A DNA stretch of 58,323 nucleotides from Bdellovibrionales bacterium (GTDB taxonomy: Bacteria; Bdellovibrionota_C; UBA2361; SZUA-149; JAGRAN01), in the NCBI GenBank assembly GCA_020434585.1, contig JAGRAN010000079.1, positions 1 to 58,323 on the forward strand, read 5' to 3'. Below the pieces are notes generated by a model that saw nothing but the letters and a program-made list of their open reading frames with translations, did no database searches and had not been told where the DNA came from. The translations under genes were made by a program, and so were the position numbers. Shown in pieces: positions 26,719-36,390 of the stretch (position 1 is the first letter of the stretch; each line of letters opens with the position of its first letter).

Positions 26719-26937
26719 TTACTGGGTGTTCACCGCTGAGCCAACCTTAGAAAATGTCTGGCTCATGTTTTGCCGTAGCAAGTAGACACCTGTAATAAGT
26801 CCTGTGACCATAATCGCAGCGACCAGAGAATACTCGATCATGGTTGCGCCCTTCTGGCCCCGTCGGCCAAGAAGCACTTTATGCTTTGATTGAGGCGTTT
26901 TTTCGTTCATTTTTCCGTCGACGCGTTTCTGGTGCAT
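26719..26937 (-). CDS. flp: Flp/Fap family pilin
   Basis: 72 aa. KG-ATMIEYSLVAAIMVTGLITGVYLL matches the Flp G-ATxIEY-L motif. Confidence 0.65.
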   Translation of the reverse strand: MHQKRVDGKMNEKTPQSKHKVLLGRRGQKGATMIEYSLVAAIMVTGLITGVYLLRQNMSQTFSKVGSAVNTQ

Positions 26938-27035
26938 AGACCTACCTCTTGCTAACAGTATACATCGGCAAGCTGAGGACTAGGCTGAACCGAGTGAATA
27001 GCTCATAAAACTGCTGCCGCTAACTTATTGCAAAT

Positions 27036-30000
27036 ATGGATAAAATTAATTCTTCTGCTATTCGCTTTCACTCCGTTAACGAGAACGTTGTCGCGTATGC
27101 GGCCGCAGACTTAATTCAACGTGAACTCGCCGCAGCGGCCGACTCTCGATTCGGACCCTATGTCATAGTTATTCCAGATTTGAAGCAAGGTGAGGCTTTA
27201 TTTCAGGATTTATCTTTTTATCTTAAAGGCTTAGCCAGCAGCTCTACAAACAAGTCCTTGGTCGTGCGTCGTCTGCCTGCTTGGGAAGTTCTTCCGTTTG
27301 ACGCCCTATCTCCCGCCACAGAAGTAAGCGCGGAACGACTTTCCACCTTGAGCGCTTTCCGCAATTGGAACGAGTCCGAGCTGCTTGTTTGTCTAACCAC
27401 AGTCCGCGCCTGCATGCAGCGAGTGTTTTCTCCGGCTCAGCTTGCAGAAATTTGTTTCGAAGTCAGCGAAGGAGCGCGGCTGCGCAGAGACGACTTTGTT
27501 GAGCGCCTGATTTCCTGCGGATACGTGCGCACCAGCATAGTGGAAGAGATCGGTCAGCTTGCAGTGCGTGGTGCGGTAGTCGACTTTTTTCCGCCGAACT
27601 GCGGTGGGGCAGTGCGCGTCGAGTATTTCGGAGAGGAAATTGATTCGATTCGCAGCTTCGACCCGGCAACTCAGCGCAGCATCGAGCGGCTAAAGCAAAT
27701 CGATATTATACCGGCAACCGAATTCGTGGTTGCGCCAGACTCCGCCGCATCAACGTCACTTCCATCGCAAACCGCAGCGGAACAGCGTTTGAAAGATCGT
27801 GCGCTCGAACTAGAGCTGCCTCAGCGCAAAATTTCCGCCGAGCTTGAGGCCATCGCGAGCGCCATCCCTTGTGCTGGTATCGAGCACCTGGCACCGATCG
27901 TTAATCCTTCGATGACTGATGTATTCGAATACTTCCCAAGCGGGACTAAAGTCCTGGTCTTCGATGAGCCTGGAACTATTCGCAGCGCCGAAGATTTTGA
28001 TGAAGTTATCACCGAACGTTATCAGTCTGCTCGACGAGAGGACCGCCTGATTTCTGAACCTGAGCAGGCATATCTGCCCGCCACAGAATTTTTAGAACAA
28101 TTGCGTTCACGCGCGAGAGTATTTTTTGATCAATTAGATTTGATCGGAGCCGGCGGCGAAACCTCAACAAAATCTCCTGTCCATAGCAACGAGGACCTGA
28201 GACGAGAGCTGCAAAACACTTCTCGAACCAATGCTCCGCTTGAACCTCTTGCGCAAGCGCTGCGTCGCCGTGCGGCGCAAGGCTGTAATCTCGCACTCAG
28301 CGCTAGCACTAAAGAGCGAGCGCAGCGTCTGACTGAACTGCTGGAGCCGTATGGCTTCCAGTGCCAGTGGACAACCGAAGCATTTTGGAATTGGTTCCGC
28401 AGACATCAGCCCGATAAATCTCCCAGCTCTAATGTCGATATCTTCGTCACAGGTCTGAACGGCGGTGTATATCACCCGGAAAATCGCATTTCTTTAATCA
28501 CCGAAGCTGAGATCTTCCCACAGCTTGCCCACCGTCGACCTCGATCTGCCGCTGCTCAAAGTGTGCGACGCTTCCTCGGCGAGACCTCGCAGCTCAGTGA
28601 AGACGATTATGTGGTGCATATCGATCATGGCATCGGCATCTACCGCGGCTTGAAGCAAATTGCAGTCCACGGAGTATACGGTGACTTTCTCCATCTTGAG
28701 TATGCCGACGAAGCTAAATTATTCCTTCCCGTCGAGAACATCGGCAAAGTGCAGAAGTATGTTGGCGTTGAAGGCCGCAAGCCCACGCTCACTAAGCTGG
28801 GATCGAAAAACTGGGAAAAATCTAAAGCCAAGGTCAAAGAGCGAGTAGCTGAGCTAGCTGGTCAGCTAATTAACCTCTACGCCGAACGACAACTTGTTCA
28901 TGGGATTTCCTTCGGGCAGCCCAGCGTTCAGGACGCGGCGTTTGCCGACTCATTCGAGTTTACAGAGACGCCGGATCAAGAACGAGCTATCAACGACGTA
29001 ATGGACGACATGGCTTCGGAGAAACCGATGGATCGCCTGGTTTGCGGAGACGTGGGCTACGGCAAAACTGAAGTCGCGGTCCGTGCCGCATTCAAAGCAG
29101 TCAGCGCTGGCTGGCAAGTCGCCATACTCGTTCCTACGACAATCTTAGCAGACCAGCACTACGCTACGTTTTCAGAGCGTTTTGCCAGTCAACCGTTTAA
29201 TATCGCCGTAGTCAGCAGATTCTCAACTCCTCAAGAAAACAAAGAAACCATCGAGCGGGTTGCGGATGGCCGAGTCGACATCATAATCGGCACCCACCGG
29301 CTGCTGCAAAAAGACGTCCGCTTTAAGAAGCTGGGGTTGATTGTAATTGACGAAGAACATAGGTTCGGCGTCGCTCATAAAGAAAAACTTAAAGGCATGC
29401 GCAAAGAAGTGGACGTGCTTACGTTAACGGCTACTCCAATACCCCGCACGCTCCATATGTCACTGATTGGCATTCGAGACTTAAGTCTAATTGAAACAGC
29501 GCCGAGCGACAGACATTTCGTTCGCACCTATCTCTCTCCTTACAGAGATGAAATCGTTCGCGAGGCTATTATGCGGGAGCTCGGACGAGGCGGACAGGTG
29601 TTTTATATCCACAACCGCGTACAAACGATCCACCAAATCGCTGACGAAGTGCGTGCTTTGATTCCTGAAGCAAGAATCGAAGTCGCTCACGGACAAATGA
29701 AGGACAAAGAGCTCGAAGCCGTAATGCATCGTTTTGTGCAGCACGAGTTTGATGTGCTTGTGTCCACTACGATTGTCGAATCGGGCCTGGACATTTCGAA
29801 CGCCAACACAATCATTATTCGCAAAGCTGATCATTTTGGCTTAGCTGAGCTTTACCAACTGCGCGGCAGAGTCGGGCGCAGTTCTAGGCGCGCCTATGCC
29901 TACATGTTAATTTCAGATCCCAAAACTCTCGGCCCAGACGCAAAGAAGCGACTTGCCGTACTTCAGTCCTTAGACGACTTGGGACAGGGATTCCGCTTGG

Positions 30001-30671
30001 CCTTGCAGGATATGGAGATTCGAGGGGCGGGCAATTTGCTCGGCAAAGATCAATCCGGCCAAGTCAACGACGTCGGATTCGAGTTATATTCAAAAATTCT
30101 GCGCGAGGCAGTGGACAATCTGCGGGCAAAAATGGATTCGCGTGAATCCAACGCCTCGAGAGTTCCGGACGTCGATCCAGAAATATCAATCGGTTTCCCG
30201 GCGTACATTCCGCGCGACTATATACCCGACGTCGCACAGCGCCTGATTCTGTACCAGCGGCTGGCTGCGCTAGACAACAAACAGGCTGGTCTTGAGCTCG
30301 CAGAAGAAATTGAAGATAGATTCGGAAGAAGACCTGAAGAGGTCGACATGTTTATCGAGCTGATGACTATGCGAGCCGCGGCGAAAGCGGCCGGAATTGC
30401 TGCAATCACTTTTAGGGAAAATATTTTATCCTTTAGCTTCCACCCGGAAATGGCAATTAACGCAGAGGATGTGATGCGGCTTGTCGCGTCGTCGGCGGGC
30501 AAGCTCAGCGTTACTCCAAACATGACATTAAAATTGCGAGTAGAAACGCATTCTATTGAAACACCCGCAGATTTGACGAATCAGTTGATGAAAATCTTCA
30601 AATTCCTGGATGTTGGTTTAGGCAGAGAGTCAATTGTCAACAACGAGGGAATTAGGGTAGAGTCGCCCTGA
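27036..30671 (+). CDS. mfd: Transcription-repair coupling factor
   Basis: 1211 aa with helicase motifs GDVGYGKTEVA, DEEHRFGV, TATPIPRTL and QLRGRVGRS, plus a CarD-like segment. Confidence 0.97.
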   Translation: MDKINSSAIRFHSVNENVVAYAAADLIQRELAAAADSRFGPYVIVIPDLKQGEALFQDLSFYLKGLASSSTNKSLVVRRLPAWEVLPFDALSPATEVSAERLSTLSAFRNWNESELLVCLTTVRACMQRVFSPAQLAEICFEVSEGARLRRDDFVERLISCGYVRTSIVEEIGQLAVRGAVVDFFPPNCGGAVRVEYFGEEIDSIRSFDPATQRSIERLKQIDIIPATEFVVAPDSAASTSLPSQTAAEQRLKDRALELELPQRKISAELEAIASAIPCAGIEHLAPIVNPSMTDVFEYFPSGTKVLVFDEPGTIRSAEDFDEVITERYQSARREDRLISEPEQAYLPATEFLEQLRSRARVFFDQLDLIGAGGETSTKSPVHSNEDLRRELQNTSRTNAPLEPLAQALRRRAAQGCNLALSASTKERAQRLTELLEPYGFQCQWTTEAFWNWFRRHQPDKSPSSNVDIFVTGLNGGVYHPENRISLITEAEIFPQLAHRRPRSAAAQSVRRFLGETSQLSEDDYVVHIDHGIGIYRGLKQIAVHGVYGDFLHLEYADEAKLFLPVENIGKVQKYVGVEGRKPTLTKLGSKNWEKSKAKVKERVAELAGQLINLYAERQLVHGISFGQPSVQDAAFADSFEFTETPDQERAINDVMDDMASEKPMDRLVCGDVGYGKTEVAVRAAFKAVSAGWQVAILVPTTILADQHYATFSERFASQPFNIAVVSRFSTPQENKETIERVADGRVDIIIGTHRLLQKDVRFKKLGLIVIDEEHRFGVAHKEKLKGMRKEVDVLTLTATPIPRTLHMSLIGIRDLSLIETAPSDRHFVRTYLSPYRDEIVREAIMRELGRGGQVFYIHNRVQTIHQIADEVRALIPEARIEVAHGQMKDKELEAVMHRFVQHEFDVLVSTTIVESGLDISNANTIIIRKADHFGLAELYQLRGRVGRSSRRAYAYMLISDPKTLGPDAKKRLAVLQSLDDLGQGFRLALQDMEIRGAGNLLGKDQSGQVNDVGFELYSKILREAVDNLRAKMDSRESNASRVPDVDPEISIGFPAYIPRDYIPDVAQRLILYQRLAALDNKQAGLELAEEIEDRFGRRPEEVDMFIELMTMRAAAKAAGIAAITFRENILSFSFHPEMAINAEDVMRLVASSAGKLSVTPNMTLKLRVETHSIETPADLTNQLMKIFKFLDVGLGRESIVNNEGIRVESP

Positions 30672-30687
30672 TTTTCGCAGAGGAGTT

Positions 30688-31650
30688 TTGCTGGTGAAAC
30701 ACAAACGTTTAGCAATATTGGTCCCCGTTTTAGTTGCAGCCCCGCTGCTGTCAACAAACGCCAGTGCACTCGACGGACCTGAAGAAACCGTCCGAGTGTT
30801 AGACAACGTTGTTGCCGTAATCGACGGCGAGCCAATAACTTCCTCTGAGCTGCAGGAGTTCAAAGCTTCCCACGGGCAGTCTGTAGACGAAGCCGCAAGC
30901 GGCGCGGGAGCTCCGACCGATAAGAAAATGCTTCAAGATCTTTTATTGTCACGCATGCTGGAGCGGGAAGCGCGAGAACTTGGCGTCGCTGTAGCGGACA
31001 TGCAAATTGATACTTATATCGATCAAATTCAGGCCCAGAATAATGTAGACCGTGAGGGTTTAGTCGAGCTTTTAAAAGGTCAAGGCCTAACCCTCGAACA
31101 GTACCGCGAACAAGTTCGTGGAGACATTCTGCGAGCCCGCGTCCTATCAATGCGTGTGACAAACAAGATCAACATCGTCGATGAGGACGTAGATCGATTC
31201 CTCGAAGAGCATCCCGACCGAATTCCAGATTCAAGCGGATTGTTTATTCAACAACTGTCATTCATGTACGATCCAGACGACGACGACGAAAAAGCTGCCG
31301 CCGAAAAGAAAGCCCAATCCGCCGCTGAAAAACTCGACAAAGGTGAAGACCCCAGACAGTTCGGGCCGGACAAATATGTCGACTTAGGACTAGTAAATCC
31401 ATCGGACTTGCGAAGCGATTTTCGTGAAGCTGTTGAAAACCTCGATGACGACGACAAAACTGCATTAATCGAATCAGCGGAAGGTTTTTATGTCTTGCTG
31501 GTAAAGGGCGGTGTCAAAGAAGGAGAGCTCAGTGAAGCTTTCAAAGATCAAATTAAATTCGAGTTGAAAGAAAAGCGCTTTCGCGAAGCTACCGAGAAGT
31601 ACATTCTCGAGGCGCTTCCGGAAAAGTATCACGTTGAAATGAAGCTTTAG
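30688..31650 (+). CDS. SurA N-terminal-domain periplasmic chaperone-like protein
   Basis: Signal peptide followed by VVAVIDGEPITSSELQEF (SurA_N-like). No clear parvulin signature. A GTG at 30694 with AGGAG 8 nt upstream is an alternative start. Confidence 0.55.
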   Translation: MLVKHKRLAILVPVLVAAPLLSTNASALDGPEETVRVLDNVVAVIDGEPITSSELQEFKASHGQSVDEAASGAGAPTDKKMLQDLLLSRMLEREARELGVAVADMQIDTYIDQIQAQNNVDREGLVELLKGQGLTLEQYREQVRGDILRARVLSMRVTNKINIVDEDVDRFLEEHPDRIPDSSGLFIQQLSFMYDPDDDDEKAAAEKKAQSAAEKLDKGEDPRQFGPDKYVDLGLVNPSDLRSDFREAVENLDDDDKTALIESAEGFYVLLVKGGVKEGELSEAFKDQIKFELKEKRFREATEKYILEALPEKYHVEMKL

Positions 31651-31651
31651 T

Positions 31652-33043
31652 ATGGTGATCAGCATGCAGGTGAACCCCAAAATTTTTAGGGAATACGATA
31701 TTCGCGGAGAAGTCGGTAAGGACTTTGACAGCAGCTTCGCTCGAAATTTAGGCAAGGCGTTTGCTGTCTTCGTTAAGCAGCGTCTGGGCCGAGATGACCT
31801 TACTATTGCGGTTGGCAGGGACTGCCGACTGACCGGACCCGAGATTAGCGAAGCTCTAATCGAAGGACTCTGCGACGGAGGGATCAACGTCGTCAGCAGC
31901 GGAATGGGAGCGACTCCTCAACTTTATTTTACCGTTTTTTCACGGGACCTAGACGGCGGCATACAAGTCACTGCAAGCCACAACCCCGCACCAGATAACG
32001 GCTTTAAGCTGATGGCTGGAAAGCACACGATGAGCGGAAAAGACATCGCTGAACTGAAGCGAATTCTTGATTCCGGTCCGGATTCCGCCCCCAAACGAGG
32101 GACAGTGGAAGAGTTTGATGCAGCGCGAAGTTACGCGGACTACTTAGTTGAAATATCACAAGACCAAGTAAATAAAGATCGCACTATTAAAGTTGTTGTG
32201 GATGGCGGCAACGGAGCAGGTGGACCGGTCGGCGTAGATGTCCTTAAGCGCCTGGGGTGTGAAGTTATCGAGCTCTATACCGATCCAGACGGCAGATTCC
32301 CCAACCATCACCCTGACCCGACAGTCCTCGAAAATATAGCTGAACTTCGCTCCCGTGTAGTATCCGAGTCGGCAGACCTCGGTATCGCCTGGGACGGAGA
32401 CGCTGATCGTATTGGGGTGGTCGATGAGCGTGGCGAGGTAATCTGGGGCGACATGCTGCTGCTTCTTTATGGGCGAGCCATGTGCGAAGAAGTTAATTCG
32501 CCGACGGTGATCGGCGACGTTAAATGTTCCGAACTACTATTTTCCAAATTGAAGGAAGCCGGAGCAAACCCTGTGATGTGGAAAACCGGGCACAGCTTGA
32601 TCAAAGCCAAGCTAAAAGAGCTTGGGGCTGAACTTGCAGGTGAAATGAGCGGCCATATGTTTTTCGTCCACCGCTACTACGGATACGACGACGCAATTCA
32701 CGCGAGCGCTCGCCTGGTAGAAATTTTAAGCAACACCGACAAGAAACTCAGCCAGCTTCTCTCCGATGTACCAAAAAGCTTTGCTACTCCGGAAATCCGC
32801 AAGGAGGTGCCCGAAGATAATAAGTTTGAAATCGTTGCTGAAGCTCAGGTTGCATTTCCTGAGTTTGAAACTAACACTCTTGACGGCATCCGAATCACCT
32901 TTGACCACGGCTGGGGGCTGGTGCGGGCATCTAATACGCAAGCGGTGTTGGTCCTAAGATTCGAAGCCGACTCTCAGGAGCGCCTCGACCAATACCAAAA
33001 CCTCGTTGAGGAACGTCTAGAAAATATTATTCAATCTATTTAG
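31652..33043 (+). CDS. Phosphomannomutase/phosphoglucomutase (alpha-D-phosphohexomutase)
   Basis: Motifs TASHNPAPDNGFK (active-site Ser), WDGDADRIG (metal loop) and GEMSGH (sugar loop). Confidence 0.9.
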   Translation: MVISMQVNPKIFREYDIRGEVGKDFDSSFARNLGKAFAVFVKQRLGRDDLTIAVGRDCRLTGPEISEALIEGLCDGGINVVSSGMGATPQLYFTVFSRDLDGGIQVTASHNPAPDNGFKLMAGKHTMSGKDIAELKRILDSGPDSAPKRGTVEEFDAARSYADYLVEISQDQVNKDRTIKVVVDGGNGAGGPVGVDVLKRLGCEVIELYTDPDGRFPNHHPDPTVLENIAELRSRVVSESADLGIAWDGDADRIGVVDERGEVIWGDMLLLLYGRAMCEEVNSPTVIGDVKCSELLFSKLKEAGANPVMWKTGHSLIKAKLKELGAELAGEMSGHMFFVHRYYGYDDAIHASARLVEILSNTDKKLSQLLSDVPKSFATPEIRKEVPEDNKFEIVAEAQVAFPEFETNTLDGIRITFDHGWGLVRASNTQAVLVLRFEADSQERLDQYQNLVEERLENIIQSI

Positions 33044-33109
33044 AATAGCTGGGGCAGAGTACAGTTCAGCTTACCTGGCGAAGCCAAGGAAAGATGATTT
33101 TAAGCGGTA

Positions 33110-33319
33110 CTATTCCGATTCTTCTTCGTAGAACTCCGTTACCGGCATATCTACGTGTTCAGGATCCAGCGGCTCAAAACCGTCTGTAACCGGAATTAGC
33201 ACCAACGGAAGCATCCCAGAGTCGACTGGAAAATAATCTGGGCGCTCGTATAGAAAATTGCTGATCAACCAATCTAAATCTGGGTCATCAGCTTCATGCG
33301 GATAAAATGGGCGGGCCAT
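33110..33319 (-). CDS. Small acidic hypothetical protein
   Basis: 69-aa ORF with no motif. Isolated between long non-coding stretches. Confidence 0.3.
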   Translation of the reverse strand: MARPFYPHEADDPDLDWLISNFLYERPDYFPVDSGMLPLVLIPVTDGFEPLDPEHVDMPVTEFYEEESE

Positions 33320-33628
33320 AACCTACTCTTCTCTTCCGTGAGACAAACTCTACTGCTTTGCGCCTGACTCCGTCTGGCGAACACAACCACAAAAAACCGT
33401 TCGTTGTCAGAGACACCTCACTCAAGGGATATATCGTCCTTGGGATGATCTGACTTTAGAGAAGGATGATACAAAATCAAACAGCATCTCGTATACAAAC
33501 ATCAGTATAGCACGGGGTGCTAAATGTGATAAATTAAACGCTTTTTCTCGATTTTTGAAATGTACAATTTCGAACAGATCCGCACAGAGTTCGCGAATTC
33601 AGGCCTAAGCGGAAAGAAAAGTTTCTAA

Positions 33629-34768
33629 TTAACTGCGGCGCAAAGCTCCAAGTAGACGCTCGCAGTCCTCCTCAGTGGTAAAGCCATGGGGTGAAACTCT
33701 GATACCGCCCGCACGTCCGGAGGCATGAGAGATTTGGTTTTCTAGCAGCACTTTTGATGCGCGATCCAGGCTCCCTTCGGGCACGAAAGTTACGATCGGC
33801 GACTCCCTTCCGCCGGGATATACTTTTGCACCAATCTTTGGAAGTTCTTCGCGCAGCAGGGACGCCATTCGCAGCGCGTGCTGATTGATGTTTTCTATTC
33901 CTTCGCTTAACAGCACTCTAAGCGACGCAGCGCTGCCAATAGAGCCATGCAGATGTGGAACGCCAGGCTCATATCGACCACCGATCTTCTTCGGAAGCTT
34001 ACCTCGGTCAGGTCTATCTTCTGATGTTCCGTAGGTCATCGCTCCGTGGAGAATTGGATTTAACTGGTCGAAGCGCTCCCTAGTTAAGGCGAGGAATCCA
34101 TGCCCCACTGGACCGAGAAACCATTTATGCCCACCACCGCAAACTGCATCCGCTCCGCTTTCTCGAAGAGAGAAGGGAATAGCTCCCAAGCCTTGAATGG
34201 CATCGACCACTAACCAGCAGTTGTTTTTCTTGCAGACCTGGGAAAGAAGCTGAATGTCGGTCATCGCGCCGGTTTGATACTGAACCCACGACACAGCAAC
34301 CATGCGAGTCTTTGAAGAAATCGCTCCTATTAGCTTCTCGGTCGGAACAGAGAAATCCGGCTCCGAATCGAGCACAGTTACCGAGCAGCCAAACCTTCGG
34401 GAAGCTTCGAACCATGGAAAGGCATTAGACGGGTATTCTTGATCCCAAATTATAATTTCATCGTCGGGTTTCCAGTCGAGACCAAGTGCAACTTGGGAAA
34501 TTGCACTCGCGCATGTCTGGAAAAACGCTACGCATTCGGGCTCACAGTCGAGCAATTTCGCATGCAGCTCTCTGGCTTCCTTAAACCTGCCGAGCAGCTC
34601 TGGCCAAGCAAAGCTTCCATTTGCACTGTGATACTGCAAATAGGAACTTATCGCGGACGCAGCTGCAGGCAGCATCGGAGACAATCCGGCGTTGTTAAAA
34701 TGAACTCTTCCGGGTTCTGACTTAATGTGTCTAAGCAGCGGCGGTTCCATGGGCACCAAACTATCCAA
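33629..34768 (-). CDS. Class V aminotransferase / cysteine desulfurase-like PLP enzyme
   Basis: 379 aa with the GGGHKWFLGPVGHGFL PLP-lysine region. Overlaps the stop of the upstream aldehyde dehydrogenase gene by 8 nt. Confidence 0.8.
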   Translation of the reverse strand: MDSLVPMEPPLLRHIKSEPGRVHFNNAGLSPMLPAAASAISSYLQYHSANGSFAWPELLGRFKEARELHAKLLDCEPECVAFFQTCASAISQVALGLDWKPDDEIIIWDQEYPSNAFPWFEASRRFGCSVTVLDSEPDFSVPTEKLIGAISSKTRMVAVSWVQYQTGAMTDIQLLSQVCKKNNCWLVVDAIQGLGAIPFSLRESGADAVCGGGHKWFLGPVGHGFLALTRERFDQLNPILHGAMTYGTSEDRPDRGKLPKKIGGRYEPGVPHLHGSIGSAASLRVLLSEGIENINQHALRMASLLREELPKIGAKVYPGGRESPIVTFVPEGSLDRASKVLLENQISHASGRAGGIRVSPHGFTTEEDCERLLGALRRS

Positions 34769-36281
34769 ACTTAATTCCTTGGGCGAGAGGCAAGTCAGAA
34801 CCCCAATTTACGGTGTTCGTCTGCCTGCGCATATAAGCCTTCCAAGAGTCAGAGCCTGCCTCTCGTCCGCCTCCGGTGTCTTTTTCACCGCCGAACGCGC
34901 CTCCAATCTCAGCTCCTGAAGTGCCAATATTTACGTTGGCTATTCCGCAATCGGAGCCTGCATGAGACAGAAATCTCTCTGCTTTCCTTAAGTCTGAAGT
35001 AAAAATTGCTGAGCTTAAGCCCTGGTCGACTCCGTTTTGAACTGCAATCGCCTCTTCAATCGAATCAACACCGACAATGTACAAAATCGGAGCAAATGTT
35101 TCTTCCTTCAGCAAATCCATTCCTGCATTAGCTTTAACCAGAGTCGGCATCACATAAAGCGAAGACGCGGCTCCTTCTACTAATCTACCTCCGTAAAGAA
35201 TCTCGCCGCCCTCCGCAGCCACTCTTGCTACGGCTTGCTGGTACGCCTTTACTGCTTGTTCGTTAACCAGCGGGCCCATTAGAGTGGAACTTTCCAGCGG
35301 GTTGCCGATCGGAACCTGTTTGTAAGCCTCAACCAAACGCTTTGTTACTTTGTCGAGAACTGTGTTGTGGACAATCAGGCGACGCGTTGTGGTGCATCGC
35401 TGCCCAGCGGTCCCAACGGCACCAAACAGCACAGCGCGTACAACGAGCTCTAAATCCGCATCATCAAGCACTATCACAGCGTTGTTGCCGCCCAGCTCAA
35501 GCAGGCTTCGCCCCAGCCGTTTCGCTACGGTTTCGCCGACGCTTCTGCCCATCCGACATGAACCTGTTGCACTGATCAGGGGGAATCGCCTGTCGGCAGC
35601 CATGCGCTGACCAATGGCAGGACCATCACCGGTAAGTAAGGTGAAAAGAGCAGGGAAGCCGTGGTGCTTCGCAACTTCACCGACGATTTTTGTTACAGCA
35701 ATCGCGCAGAGCGGGGTCACTTCGGAAGGTTTCCACACAACCGTGTCGCCACACACAGCGGCGATCATCGCGTTCCAGGCCCAAACTGCCACTGGAAAAT
35801 TAAACGCAGTAATGACACCTACGTTGCCTAGCGGGTGCCACTGTTCGTACATACGGTGCTGTGCACGCTCAGAGTGCATTGTATTCCCGTATAACTGACG
35901 CGATAGACCAACTGCGAAATCTGCAATGTCAATTGCTTCCTGCACTTCTCCGAGACCTTCAGGAAGGATCTTGCCCATTTCAATAGTGACAAGCTCGCCG
36001 AGTGCTTGCTTGTTGTCCCGCAGAGCGTCTCCAATTTCGCGAACAACATCACCCCGCTTAGGAGCTGGATAGGTTCGCCACTGTTTGAAGCAGTCGCTAG
36101 CGGCAGCGATTACCCTCTCGTAATCTTCATCAGTCGAAGTAGCGATTTTTGCTAATTCGGCTCCGTTAATCGGAGATGAGGTTGAGATTTGAGTGCCGGA
36201 TGAAACCTTGGACCAGCTGCCGTCAAATGTACCAGCATTAAGAGGTTCAATTCCCAGCTTCTTTAGCGTCTGTTCCATCAT
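34761..36281 (-). CDS. pcd: ALDH7-type aldehyde dehydrogenase (alpha-aminoadipic semialdehyde / piperideine-6-carboxylate dehydrogenase)
   Basis: LELGGNNAVIVLDDADLELVVRAVLFGAVGTAGQRCTTTRRL closely follows the antiquitin/ALDH7 signature. I prefer the start at MMEQTLKK (36281) over the track start at 36353. Confidence 0.88.
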   Translation of the reverse strand: MMEQTLKKLGIEPLNAGTFDGSWSKVSSGTQISTSSPINGAELAKIATSTDEDYERVIAAASDCFKQWRTYPAPKRGDVVREIGDALRDNKQALGELVTIEMGKILPEGLGEVQEAIDIADFAVGLSRQLYGNTMHSERAQHRMYEQWHPLGNVGVITAFNFPVAVWAWNAMIAAVCGDTVVWKPSEVTPLCAIAVTKIVGEVAKHHGFPALFTLLTGDGPAIGQRMAADRRFPLISATGSCRMGRSVGETVAKRLGRSLLELGGNNAVIVLDDADLELVVRAVLFGAVGTAGQRCTTTRRLIVHNTVLDKVTKRLVEAYKQVPIGNPLESSTLMGPLVNEQAVKAYQQAVARVAAEGGEILYGGRLVEGAASSLYVMPTLVKANAGMDLLKEETFAPILYIVGVDSIEEAIAVQNGVDQGLSSAIFTSDLRKAERFLSHAGSDCGIANVNIGTSGAEIGGAFGGEKDTGGGREAGSDSWKAYMRRQTNTVNWGSDLPLAQGIKFG

Positions 36282-36390
36282 ATTTCCCAAGATAAAAATA
36301 GCACTTGTCCACAGGCTGTTCAGGCTAAATAATAGATAAAGAGTATTTCTCAAACAACTTTGTGTTCAGCTAGGATATCGCACTTTTCTA

